Position numbers and translations under genes: made by a program
Notes under the pieces: model-generated
What the model was told of the DNA's origin: nothing
What the model saw: the letters and a program-made list of their open reading frames with translations, nothing else
The model's database searches: none
In this document: positions 37,115 to 45,031 of the stretch, in pieces
How the letters are laid out: each line of letters starts with the position of its first letter
Numbering within the stretch: position 1 is the stretch's first letter
Source: Acidimicrobiia bacterium
GTDB taxonomy: Bacteria; Actinomycetota; Acidimicrobiia; Spongiisociales; ZC4RG35
Assembly (NCBI GenBank): GCA_041747855.1
Contig: JBGTEJ010000042.1
Location: 321-64,320 of the forward strand
DNA: 64,000 nt
Direction: 5' to 3'

Positions 37115-37498
37115 TCAATTAGTGCCCTTGTCGTTCGTTCGTATCGTCGGTGGCAGGGGTTCGTCCAGGTCCACCATCAACTGCTGCACCTGGCCGGGGA
37201 TGACCAGGCCAAGCTGGTCTGCCAGCGGAGCGATCCTGGCCGGGCTCTCCATGCGGGCGACCTGGAGCCGCAGGTTGCGGTTGAGGGCTTCCTGGGTGGC
37301 AATCTCCCTGTTGAGTTCGGCCAGATCGAAAGCTGAGCGGTCGAGAGAGGTGCGGGCGAATCCCAGACCTAGGAAGGCCACCATGCCGATCAGGACCACG
37401 ACCATCCATGGCGCCAGAGTCGGTCGTCGGAACCTCTTGCCGGCGATGACCCGCAGGTTCTCGTCGTTGCTCTGGTTGGGATGCGTTAGGGCTGTCAT
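37115..37498 (-). CDS. ftsL: FtsL-like septum formation initiator (single-pass, coiled coil)
   Basis: 127 aa. TM segment APWMVVVLIGMVAFLGLGF followed by the heptad-rich AELNREIATQEALNRNLRLQVARMESP. Position is between rsmH and ftsI, with a 4-nt overlap with rsmH. Confidence 0.7.
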   Translation of the reverse strand: MTALTHPNQSNDENLRVIAGKRFRRPTLAPWMVVVLIGMVAFLGLGFARTSLDRSAFDLAELNREIATQEALNRNLRLQVARMESPARIAPLADQLGLVIPGQVQQLMVDLDEPLPPTIRTNDKGTN

Positions 37499-38427
37499 GC
37501 GGCCAACTTCTCGACTGCCCTGAGCACGGCCGAGCGCGCCCGACGGTTTGACTGGATCTCGGCCTCTGACGCCCTGACCGCCTTACGGGTCAGAAGTCGC
37601 AGTTCCGCAGTCTGTCCACACCCGCACTCGGGCAGCCCTGGGGGGCAAACACATCCGCGGGCACCTTGGGCGAACCGTCTCTTGACGATTCGGTCTTCGA
37701 GGGAGTGATAGGAGATGACGATTACCCGGCCCCCGGGCCGGACCAGCTCTATGGCGGACTCGACCCCCAGTCTGATGGCCTCCAGTTCGGAGTTCACCGT
37801 GATGCGGATCGCCTGGAATGCACGTCGGGCGGGGTGACCCGCCCGACGTCGTGCCGCTGGCGTTGCCTCTGCGATGACGGTGGACAGCCGTGCAGTGGAT
37901 TCGATAGGTCGGGCGGCCACGATCGCCGCCGCTATTCTCGAGGCCAGAGGTTCTTCGCCGTACTGGCGGATGATCCTGGCCAGGTCTTCCCGGGACCACT
38001 CGTTGACGATCTCATGCGCGCTGGTTTCGGTGTCCGGGCCCATACGCATGTCGAGAGGCCCATCACCGTGGTAGGAGAACCCTCGTCTCGCCTCATCGAG
38101 CTGGTGGGAGGAAACACCGAAGTCGAACAGCACGGCGGCAGGATCCTGATCGTCGGGCACAGGTCGGAGTAGATCCTCGAGATCGGAGAAGTTGCCTCGA
38201 ATGACTCTCACCGGTAATCCGGCGGCGTTCGAAAGCGCTTCCGGATCGCGGTCGATCACGACCAGGTTGATCATGTCTCCGAACTCTCTGAGCAGCCGCC
38301 TGGTGTGACCCCCACCGCCAAAAGTGGCGTCGATCACAGTCCCCGGCATCACCGGGCCTACCAGTTCAACCACTTCCTCGACAAGCACAGGTTCGTGATA
38401 GCCATTGTTAGTTCCGTCCTGGTCCAT
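37495..38427 (-). CDS. rsmH: 16S rRNA (cytosine1402-N4)-methyltransferase
   Basis: HEPVLVEEVVEL, DATFGGGGHT, DFGVSSHQLD and ISYHSLEDRIVK. I prefer ATG 38427 (MDQDGT...) over the TTG at 38454 used by the ORF track. Confidence 0.9.
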   Translation of the reverse strand: MDQDGTNNGYHEPVLVEEVVELVGPVMPGTVIDATFGGGGHTRRLLREFGDMINLVVIDRDPEALSNAAGLPVRVIRGNFSDLEDLLRPVPDDQDPAAVLFDFGVSSHQLDEARRGFSYHGDGPLDMRMGPDTETSAHEIVNEWSREDLARIIRQYGEEPLASRIAAAIVAARPIESTARLSTVIAEATPAARRRAGHPARRAFQAIRITVNSELEAIRLGVESAIELVRPGGRVIVISYHSLEDRIVKRRFAQGARGCVCPPGLPECGCGQTAELRLLTRKAVRASEAEIQSNRRARSAVLRAVEKLAA

Positions 38428-38506
38428 TGCCAGCCCCCCGGTCGCTGGTACCAACTGAAAGCGGGCGGAGTCAGGGGCCTCTCAATCGGTTCCGGGGGGC
38501 TGGCAA
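38427..38506 (-). promoter_or_regulatory. long-range 15-bp perfect inverted repeat in the mraZ-rsmH spacer that encloses 50 nt and covers the rsmH SD/AUG (candidate cis-regulatory RNA)
   Basis: On the plus strand, TTGCCAGCCCCCCGG (38427-38441) and CCGGGGGGCTGGCAA (38492-38506) are exact reverse complements. In mRNA sense this is 5'-UUGCCAGCCCCCCGG-N50-CCGGGGGGCUGGCA-AUG. Confidence 0.6.
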
Positions 38507-38529
38507 TAGTCCAAGCCTTGTTCGTTCGG

Positions 38530-38943
38530 TCAGTTCTCCTCTTCGACATACCTTTCGTCACCAGCGGTCCTGTCAGCCAGATACCGCTCCTTCTCCCAGA
38601 GCTCGACGTGGTTGAACACTCCGACGACCGCTATCTCACTTGCGGTCTCTAGGGTGGCGAACTGTCGGAGCTCTGGCTTGATCAAGACTCTTCCCGCCTT
38701 GTCCATTTCTTGATGGTCCGCGCCGGCGAAAACTGTCCTCGAGAACCGTCTTCCGCCACGGTCCTGAGGTGTGGCGATGACTTCCTGGGCAAGCTGTTCG
38801 AAGGTGTCGATGGCGTAGATCATCAACTGGCCGTCCTGACCTTTTGCAACGACGCAGCCCTCTTCCAGCTCGCGGCGAAAGGAGGAGGGGAGAACCACCC
38901 TTCCTTTGTTGTCCAAGCTATGGAAATACTCACCGAGCAGCAT
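38530..38943 (-). CDS. mraZ: transcriptional regulator MraZ
   Basis: MLLGEYFHSLDNKGRVVLPSSFR, and the second SpoVT/AbrB-like repeat MDKAGRVLIKPELR. I prefer ATG 38943. The track ORF begins 8 codons upstream at GTG 38967. Confidence 0.9.
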   Translation of the reverse strand: MLLGEYFHSLDNKGRVVLPSSFRRELEEGCVVAKGQDGQLMIYAIDTFEQLAQEVIATPQDRGGRRFSRTVFAGADHQEMDKAGRVLIKPELRQFATLETASEIAVVGVFNHVELWEKERYLADRTAGDERYVEEEN

Positions 38944-38984
38944 CCGTCCGTCCCGTCCTTCGTCCACGCCCTTTCAGGCTACCC

Positions 38985-39028
38985 CCCACTATGACCCATT
39001 TTGACCCATTTGTCAACACATTTGCCCA
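38985..39028 (-). promoter_or_regulatory. mraZ promoter with phased TGGG direct repeats (putative MraZ operator)
   Basis: The minus-strand sequence is GAGTGGGCAAATGTGTTGACAAATGGGTCAAAATGGGTCATAGTGGGGGG. TGGG occurs at plus coordinates 39025-39028, 39005-39008, 38995-38998 and 38985-38988, a register of 10 or 20 bp. TTGACA (39011-39016) and CATAGT (38988-38993) are 17 bp apart. Confidence 0.65.
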
Positions 39029-39148
39029 CTCAGATACTCTTCAGTCACTGATTGGTGGGACGGTTGGTGTGCGGCCATACGACACGCACGGGGCGGGTGG
39101 AGGCGGACTTGGGTGACCGGGGTCGGTCGGAGCTAGATCAGGAGAGTT

Positions 39149-39649
39149 CTAGGCGCTCTCAGCCAGGAACTGCTGCCAGTCGGGATCCACCTGAAAACCC
39201 ATCGAGGCGTAGATCCAGGCGAACCGCCGGGGTGGGCCAGGATCCGATCGAAGATGCAGACCGCTCTCCGTCGGAGTTCGGTCGCCCTTTCTGACGTTGC
39301 AGGTCCGACAACATGCCACAACATTCTCCCAGGTGTGGTCCCCACCCTTTGACCGCGGCTGGACATGGTCTATGGACTCTGCCGGGCCTCCACAGTATTG
39401 GCACTCATGGTCGTCACGACCGAAGACGGCTCTCCGGGTCACCGGGACACTGCGTCGATATGGCACCCTGACGAATCGATTCAGCTTCACCACCGAAGGT
39501 ATCTGAACGGTCCGGGTGGCCGATGACCAGACCTCGTTCTTAGGCACGACGATCTGGGCTTTATTGCTCAGGACGAGGATCAAGGCGCGGCGCTCGTTCA
39601 CCACGGAGAGGGGTTCGTAGCTGGCGTTCAACACCAATGCGCGTGCCAT
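39149..39649 (-). CDS. HNH endonuclease family protein
   Basis: ATG 39649 is preceded by AAGGAA. The HNH core is CQYCGGPAESIDHVQPRSKGGDHTWENVVACCRTCNVRKGDR. Confidence 0.85.
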   Translation of the reverse strand: MARALVLNASYEPLSVVNERRALILVLSNKAQIVVPKNEVWSSATRTVQIPSVVKLNRFVRVPYRRSVPVTRRAVFGRDDHECQYCGGPAESIDHVQPRSKGGDHTWENVVACCRTCNVRKGDRTPTESGLHLRSDPGPPRRFAWIYASMGFQVDPDWQQFLAESA

Positions 39650-39685
39650 ATGTTCCTTGAAACCCAAGCGTAGCTTGACTAATGA

Positions 39686-40222
39686 CTACTCCGCGACAGT
39701 GCCGATGGCGCGACCAACGGCCACCGCCAATGCAGTCTGCCAACCGTCCGACACCGCGCCCGACCCCTCCTTCGGACCTCCTTCGGTCAAGGCCCCGACG
39801 GTGATCACTCCGTTCTCGAGACGAGCCGCGGTCAGCTCGGTCGGCACACGTCCGACGACCTGGGACCAGGCGTCGGCCAGACCCTGTGCTATCGCCAGCC
39901 TCGATGCCGGCACAATTCTGAATGAACGGACGCTCTTCGACTCCACCTCGACTCGTGCGCCATGCTCGATTGGGGTGATCCGTACCTTGACTCCGATCGG
40001 CGAGAGCGGACTCATCGCTGGACCCGGGAGTGATTCGACCGGCAACGGTCGCTCCGACCGCACCCCGTAGGCAACGAGAACGGTCCGAAGCCTCTCCATG
40101 ACCTGCAACTCGTCGGCACCGGGATCGAGCTTGATGTTGATGCCTCCACCGTCATCGCTCAGATCTACTTCCACGGCCGCCACGCCAGGGATGCCCTCGA
40201 GACGATGGGCCAACCGCGACAT
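39686..40222 (-). CDS. hypothetical protein, 178 aa (N-terminal ferredoxin-like/HMA-like segment without CxxC)
   Basis: ATG 40222 (MSRLAHRLEGIPGVAAVEVDL...) is preceded by GGAGGA and overlaps the stop of the upstream 81-aa ORF (ATGA). GC3 is about 75 percent downstream of this ATG, versus about 60 percent in the 5' extension of the 250-aa track ORF. Confidence 0.55.
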   Translation of the reverse strand: MSRLAHRLEGIPGVAAVEVDLSDDGGGINIKLDPGADELQVMERLRTVLVAYGVRSERPLPVESLPGPAMSPLSPIGVKVRITPIEHGARVEVESKSVRSFRIVPASRLAIAQGLADAWSQVVGRVPTELTAARLENGVITVGALTEGGPKEGSGAVSDGWQTALAVAVGRAIGTVAE

Positions 40223-40467
40223 CAGCGGCTCCTCCGAAGTCTTCGCATGGCTCGGCGCCACGACAGATAGTGGATCAGATCGATGGTCGAGACTGACGAG
40301 TTGTCGCCGTAGGCGGTGTGCGCCCGCCAGCCCAGATACCGCGATGACGGAACGACGGCCCCTCGTTGGCGCGTCGCCAGGTAGGCCCGGATCGATTCGA
40401 TTGTCAGTGCCGGTCGACGGAACAGCGCGTGGAACCATACCCGCGCTTCCAGCCGTTGCCTCTCCAT
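40222..40467 (-). CDS. hypothetical basic protein, 81 aa
   Basis: ATG 40467 is preceded by AAGGGAG at 5-nt spacing. GC3 is about 75 percent. It is translationally coupled to the 178-aa gene. Sequence MERQRLEARVWFHALFRRPALTIESIRAYL...RRLRRSR. Confidence 0.45.
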   Translation of the reverse strand: MERQRLEARVWFHALFRRPALTIESIRAYLATRQRGAVVPSSRYLGWRAHTAYGDNSSVSTIDLIHYLSWRRAMRRLRRSR

Positions 40468-40563
40468 GCCGCTCCCTTTAACTGCCCCTATGGAACAGAT
40501 TAGCTCGCACACTACGACGCTATCACTAGAGTTCGGTGAAATTCCTGGAAGGTTCTCAAGGTC

Positions 40564-41532
40564 TTGACGGATCTAATAGAGGTCTTCGGCGAGCGATTTG
40601 ACCGGATCGCTTCCAACGTCGAGACCGTCATCCAAGGTAAGCGGGGCACCATCGAACTCGTGGTCATGGCTTTGGTAGCCGAGGGCCATGTGCTGGTCGA
40701 GGACGTTCCCGGTGTGGGGAAGACACAACTGGCCAAGTCTCTCGCCAGATCAATCGACGGAGCCTTCCACAGGATCCAGTTCACCCCTGACCTCCTCCCT
40801 GCTGACGTCACCGGGATCTCGATCTGGGACCGTGATCGTCGCGAGTTCCAGTTCAAGGCAGGACCGATTTTCGCCAACATCGTCCTGGGCGACGAGATAA
40901 ACCGCGCCAGCCCGAAGACACAGTCGGCACTGCTCGAGGCCATGGAGGAGAGACAGGTGACCTCCGATGGAATCACCCGCGCCGTTCCCCTCCCCTTCAT
41001 CGTCCTCGCCACGCAGAATCCTCTCGAACACGAAGGCACCTACCCCCTGCCCGAGGCCCAGTTAGACCGATTCATGATGAAAGTGGTCATCGGCTACCCG
41101 GACCGGGAAAAGGAACTCCAGATGCTCGAAACCCACGGAGTGCGTTCCACTTTCCACGAGCTACGCCCGGTGTTATCACTCGGCGAGGTGGGCGAGATGA
41201 TCTCGATCGCGCAAAGGATCACGGTCTCGCAATCGGTGAAGAACTACATCCTCGACCTGGTCGGGTCGACTCGGGAACACCCTGATGTGCAACTAGGGGC
41301 CTCACCGCGGTCCGCACTGTTCCTCCAGAGGCTGGCGCGAGCCCGGGCAGCATCACAGGGAAGGGATTTCGTCATGCCGGATGATGTCAAAGCCCTCGCC
41401 AGACCGGTGCTCGAACATCGAGTGTCACTACGACCTGAGGCTCGTATGCGCGGTCGTTCCGTGCCCGACCTGGTCGACGAAGTCTTGGACGGGCTGACTG
41501 TCCCTGGGACCACCTCCCGGATCGCAACCTGA
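40564..41532 (+). CDS. MoxR-family AAA+ ATPase
   Basis: GHVLVEDVPGVGKTQLAKSLA (Walker A), ANIVLGDEINRASPKTQSALLEAMEE (Walker B/sensor), and VLATQNPLEHEGTYPLPEAQLDRF. TTG start. Confidence 0.9.
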   Translation: MTDLIEVFGERFDRIASNVETVIQGKRGTIELVVMALVAEGHVLVEDVPGVGKTQLAKSLARSIDGAFHRIQFTPDLLPADVTGISIWDRDRREFQFKAGPIFANIVLGDEINRASPKTQSALLEAMEERQVTSDGITRAVPLPFIVLATQNPLEHEGTYPLPEAQLDRFMMKVVIGYPDREKELQMLETHGVRSTFHELRPVLSLGEVGEMISIAQRITVSQSVKNYILDLVGSTREHPDVQLGASPRSALFLQRLARARAASQGRDFVMPDDVKALARPVLEHRVSLRPEARMRGRSVPDLVDEVLDGLTVPGTTSRIAT

Positions 41533-42704
41533 TGCCCACAGTGCGCGGCTGGGGGCTGCTCGGCGCAGGAGTGGCCCTCGTCGTGTTGTGGTACTACCTG
41601 GGGGATCCAGAGCTCTTCCTGGTGGGGATCTTCTTTGCTATCGCCACCTTGCTGGCCAGCCTCTATGTCCACTTCGTTCCGACGGGTGTGGTGGTCGGCC
41701 GGAGGATCCCTTCCGGGAGCATCCACAGTGGTGACACGATCAGTATCGAACTCACGCTTCAGGTGCCACACCGGACAGTCCGCAACCTCCGCTTGGTCGA
41801 CAGCGTGGGAGGTCTCGGGCACGCTGCGTTCGAAGTCGCAGCAATCAGACCGGGCGACAAGGCCAATGCCGCCTACAAGGTGACATGCCGGCCCCGAGGT
41901 GTATATCGGGTCGGCCCCTCTACGGGCGTGGTGACCGATCCTCTTGGTCTGGCCGAGCGGCGCATTCCGAAGGGCACCGTCGACAGACTCGTCGTCTACC
42001 CCTATATCGAGGATCTGCGCTTCCCGCTCCACCGGGGGACCCGGGCACCGATCGACGCCCGTCGCCAGGAGCATCTTCATCGGGGCGGAGAAGACTTCAA
42101 CACACTCCGCGAGTACCAGATCGGCGATGACCTTCGACGTATCCACTGGCCGTCGTTCGCCCGTACGGATCAGGTCATGATCCGGCAACTCGACGAACCG
42201 TGGCAATCGCGATCAATGGTGGTACTCGATACCAGGGCTGAGCTCTACGAGTCCGACAATGCCTTCGAGACCGCGGTATCGGGGGCCGCCAGCATGATCA
42301 CCTACCTGGTCTCCAAGGGACAGCCGACCGACCTCTGGACCACCGAATCGGCCGTGGTCGACGCATCGCACTACTCCTCAGCGATGGAGCGATTGTCCGC
42401 GATAGGACACCACGAAGAGGTCGACATCGCTTCGGCCGCCGCTGAGGTAAGGGGACGGGGTGGAGGCGGGCCGCTGGTAATCGTGACCGGGGCCGCCGAT
42501 CGCGACCTACTCAATGTGACGTCGATGATGTCACCTGACTACGCCCAGACACTCGTCATGGTGGTGGCGAGCAGTACGCCTCAGACCATCGTCGGATTCA
42601 ATCGGCTTGGCGCAATGACGATTCAGGTGCAACCCGGTGCTGCCTGGGCCCACGCCTGGGAGGCTGGAATGAGGACATCATGGGAAACCGTCTCGGTCAG
42701 ATAG
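41532..42704 (+). CDS. DUF58 (vWA-fold-like) protein, MoxR partner
   Basis: Two N-terminal TM helices and the DUF58 signature EYQIGDDLRRIHWPSFARTDQVMIRQLDE. The start shares 1 nt with the moxR stop. Confidence 0.85.
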   Translation: MPTVRGWGLLGAGVALVVLWYYLGDPELFLVGIFFAIATLLASLYVHFVPTGVVVGRRIPSGSIHSGDTISIELTLQVPHRTVRNLRLVDSVGGLGHAAFEVAAIRPGDKANAAYKVTCRPRGVYRVGPSTGVVTDPLGLAERRIPKGTVDRLVVYPYIEDLRFPLHRGTRAPIDARRQEHLHRGGEDFNTLREYQIGDDLRRIHWPSFARTDQVMIRQLDEPWQSRSMVVLDTRAELYESDNAFETAVSGAASMITYLVSKGQPTDLWTTESAVVDASHYSSAMERLSAIGHHEEVDIASAAAEVRGRGGGGPLVIVTGAADRDLLNVTSMMSPDYAQTLVMVVASSTPQTIVGFNRLGAMTIQVQPGAAWAHAWEAGMRTSWETVSVR

Positions 42705-45001
42705 CCGGACTCGTCCTCTTCGTCATGGTCCTGGCGCGTCTCGACCGGCTTTTCACCGCCGGAGACAATGCCTTGCCCTGGCCGGTCATCCTCCTCGCCA
42801 CCATGCTTCTCGGGATCACGGTGAGATGGCTACTCACCCAAGCACGTGCTCCTGCGGGACTGGTCAGCCTCCTCATGATCGTCGGTGCTGTTCTAGTCCT
42901 ACTCCGGGTCACCGTCCCTGCAACACTCACCGCAGGAGTCCTGCCAGGTCCCGAGACCCTCTCAGCACTGGTCAAGGAGCTGGAGACAGCCTTCTGGATC
43001 TTCCGGTCCGGAGTACCGCCGGTGACACCAACACCCGGCATTGTCGGGGCTCTGGCGGCGCTGATGTGGATGCTGGGCTCCCTGTTCGCCCTCGGAGCCA
43101 CGAGCGACCGACTGGGGCTCATGGTGCTCCCCCCCGGAGTCTTCTATCTCCAGATGGCGGTATTGGACAGGACACCCGCCAGTCTGGCGTGGTACGGGGC
43201 CACTGCGGTTGTGGTCGCCTTGGCCTGTACCTCCCTAGCGATGAGGTCCGGGAGTATGACGGGCCGCACCCGGAGCGCTACCGGTAAGCCGAATGCCATG
43301 CGATCGATGCCGGGAGCCACTGCGTTGGCCGCATGTGTCGCTGTGATGACTGTTCTCGGGACGGCGCAGGCAGCACCGTTGATGTCCGAGTACGGCAATC
43401 TGCCGTGGCGCGACATCTCAGGTGCAGACGGGATCGGAGGAGGAGTCGCATTCGATCGGTTCATCGAACTCCGACAGCGACTCCAGAGTCGACAGAACGC
43501 CGTCGTTTTCCGGGCCGCTTTCGGACCCGACTCACCCCCGGCCGACAGCATGTACTGGAGGATGGAGACACTGGACTCGTTTGACGGGACCGGCTGGCGA
43601 AGGTCCTCGAGTCAGATCAGGGCTTATTCACCAGGGGCGATCATCGGAGACCCCCAGCATCGCTATGCGGGTACCACGCAGGAAGTCCTCCAAAGGGTGG
43701 TGGTTGAGCAGTTGATCGGGCAGGTCGTGCCTACGGCAGGCCATCCCACATCCGTGTTCGACTTGGCGGTCCCTCAAAGCATCACTCCGAGCCTGGTCAA
43801 TTTTGCAAGGGATGGGTCGATCACGTTCGCACCCGGACTCTCAGCCGGTTTGAGCTATCAGATCGCAACCGCTTACCCAGACATGACTGCCGACCTCGGT
43901 GCCTTGGCGACAGGCACCGATGGAACCCTCAGCCCACTCTTCGCTGCTGCATCGGCAGCGGGCCAGTTCTCTGCAGTTGCCAACCCATCGCCGAGAGATC
44001 TGTCCAGACCTTCGGACCTGTCCAACTACCTGGCCCTTCCCCAAGGAATCCCGATCTCGCTGGTCACCATCGCAAGAAACAGGACGTCGGGCGCCTCCAC
44101 ACCATTCGAGCAGGCCTGGATGCTTCAACACTGGTTCAGAGACTCCGGCGACTTCACGTACTCACTCAATGTGACCACGGGGAGCCAGGCGCTCAACATC
44201 TCGGATTGGCTGTCTATCCCGTCCAGCCAGAATTACAGGACGGGGTACTGCGAACAGTTTGCGGCCTCGATGGCCATCCTGGCACGCACCCTTGGGATCC
44301 CGAGCCGCGTGGTCTGGGGTTTCGCACCGGGAAGCCAAATCGACGTCGACGGTGTTCCCATCGTCGAAGTCAGAGACACCCATGCCCACGCCTGGGTGGA
44401 ACTGTGGATAGACGGCTTTGGCTGGGTGATGTTCGACCCGACTCCACGTGCCGGATTCCTGCCACCAAGTCCCACATCGAGTTTCGACCCTGACCAGTTC
44501 GTGGTGGCACCACCCGACCCAAGCATCTCGAACCCATTGGATCCGGACCTCCCTCCCCCAGTGTTCGAAGACGAACCCCCGGTCGGTGGTGGTGGTGCCA
44601 TCGATCTCGAAGATGCTGCAGGATCGATCGTGCCCGTGGTCACGGCCAGCTTGGTGTTCGCTCTGATTCTCATAATCCTTTCCAAGAGAGCGCGTCGGGA
44701 ACGACGAATCAAACGACTGTCTGACGGTGATGTCACCGCAGCTTGGGAAGAAATCGTTGACCGTCTTGTGGACATGGGCAACCATCTCGATGCCAGCCTG
44801 ACCCCCACCGAGCTGACCGTTGTGACGGTGCCCGAGCTCCGTCCCCTTGCGGTCTCGTACTCGGCCGCCGTCTATGGCGGCAAGACCGGTCTGGGGAGTC
44901 CGGAGGACCTGACCCGTGCCGAGGAATGGATCGAACTGAGTTACGACCGACGCCACCTCGTATTTGGTGCGATCAACCCACGGTCCCTGTTCAGACGCTG
45001 A
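42680..45001 (+). CDS. transglutaminase-like membrane protein (TgpA-type)
   Basis: Polytopic N-terminus. Transglutaminase core with Cys in TGYCEQFAASMA, His in DTHAHAWVE and Asp in VMFDPTP. A C-terminal TM follows. It overlaps the DUF58 gene by 25 nt. Confidence 0.85.
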   Translation: MGNRLGQIAGLVLFVMVLARLDRLFTAGDNALPWPVILLATMLLGITVRWLLTQARAPAGLVSLLMIVGAVLVLLRVTVPATLTAGVLPGPETLSALVKELETAFWIFRSGVPPVTPTPGIVGALAALMWMLGSLFALGATSDRLGLMVLPPGVFYLQMAVLDRTPASLAWYGATAVVVALACTSLAMRSGSMTGRTRSATGKPNAMRSMPGATALAACVAVMTVLGTAQAAPLMSEYGNLPWRDISGADGIGGGVAFDRFIELRQRLQSRQNAVVFRAAFGPDSPPADSMYWRMETLDSFDGTGWRRSSSQIRAYSPGAIIGDPQHRYAGTTQEVLQRVVVEQLIGQVVPTAGHPTSVFDLAVPQSITPSLVNFARDGSITFAPGLSAGLSYQIATAYPDMTADLGALATGTDGTLSPLFAAASAAGQFSAVANPSPRDLSRPSDLSNYLALPQGIPISLVTIARNRTSGASTPFEQAWMLQHWFRDSGDFTYSLNVTTGSQALNISDWLSIPSSQNYRTGYCEQFAASMAILARTLGIPSRVVWGFAPGSQIDVDGVPIVEVRDTHAHAWVELWIDGFGWVMFDPTPRAGFLPPSPTSSFDPDQFVVAPPDPSISNPLDPDLPPPVFEDEPPVGGGGAIDLEDAAGSIVPVVTASLVFALILIILSKRARRERRIKRLSDGDVTAAWEEIVDRLVDMGNHLDASLTPTELTVVTVPELRPLAVSYSAAVYGGKTGLGSPEDLTRAEEWIELSYDRRHLVFGAINPRSLFRR

Positions 45002-45031
45002 TCAACGGGGGCTGAGGGTGGTGGTGACGGA

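Larger units (their letters stand above)
21974..38943 (-). other. division and cell wall (dcw) cluster, mraZ through divIVA, 18 co-directional genes
   Basis: Gene order mraZ-rsmH-ftsL-ftsI-murE-mraY-murD-ftsW-murG-murC-murB-ftsQ-ftsZ-pgeF-yggS-sepF-yggT-divIVA. Most junctions overlap by 1-4 nt. Confidence 0.95.

Noticed and set aside
39040-39148. Intrinsic terminator after the HNH gene, ahead of the mraZ promoter
   Set aside because: Only a weak 5-bp stem (GTGCG/CGCAC) with an 11-nt loop is present, and there is no U-tract. This is insufficient.
39686-40438. Single 250-aa ORF as given in the ORF track
   Set aside because: The N-terminal 72 codons have low GC3 (about 60 percent) and a low-complexity sequence. 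An alternative frame with an SD and an ATGA-coupled stop explains the DNA better, so I split it into 81-aa and 178-aa genes.
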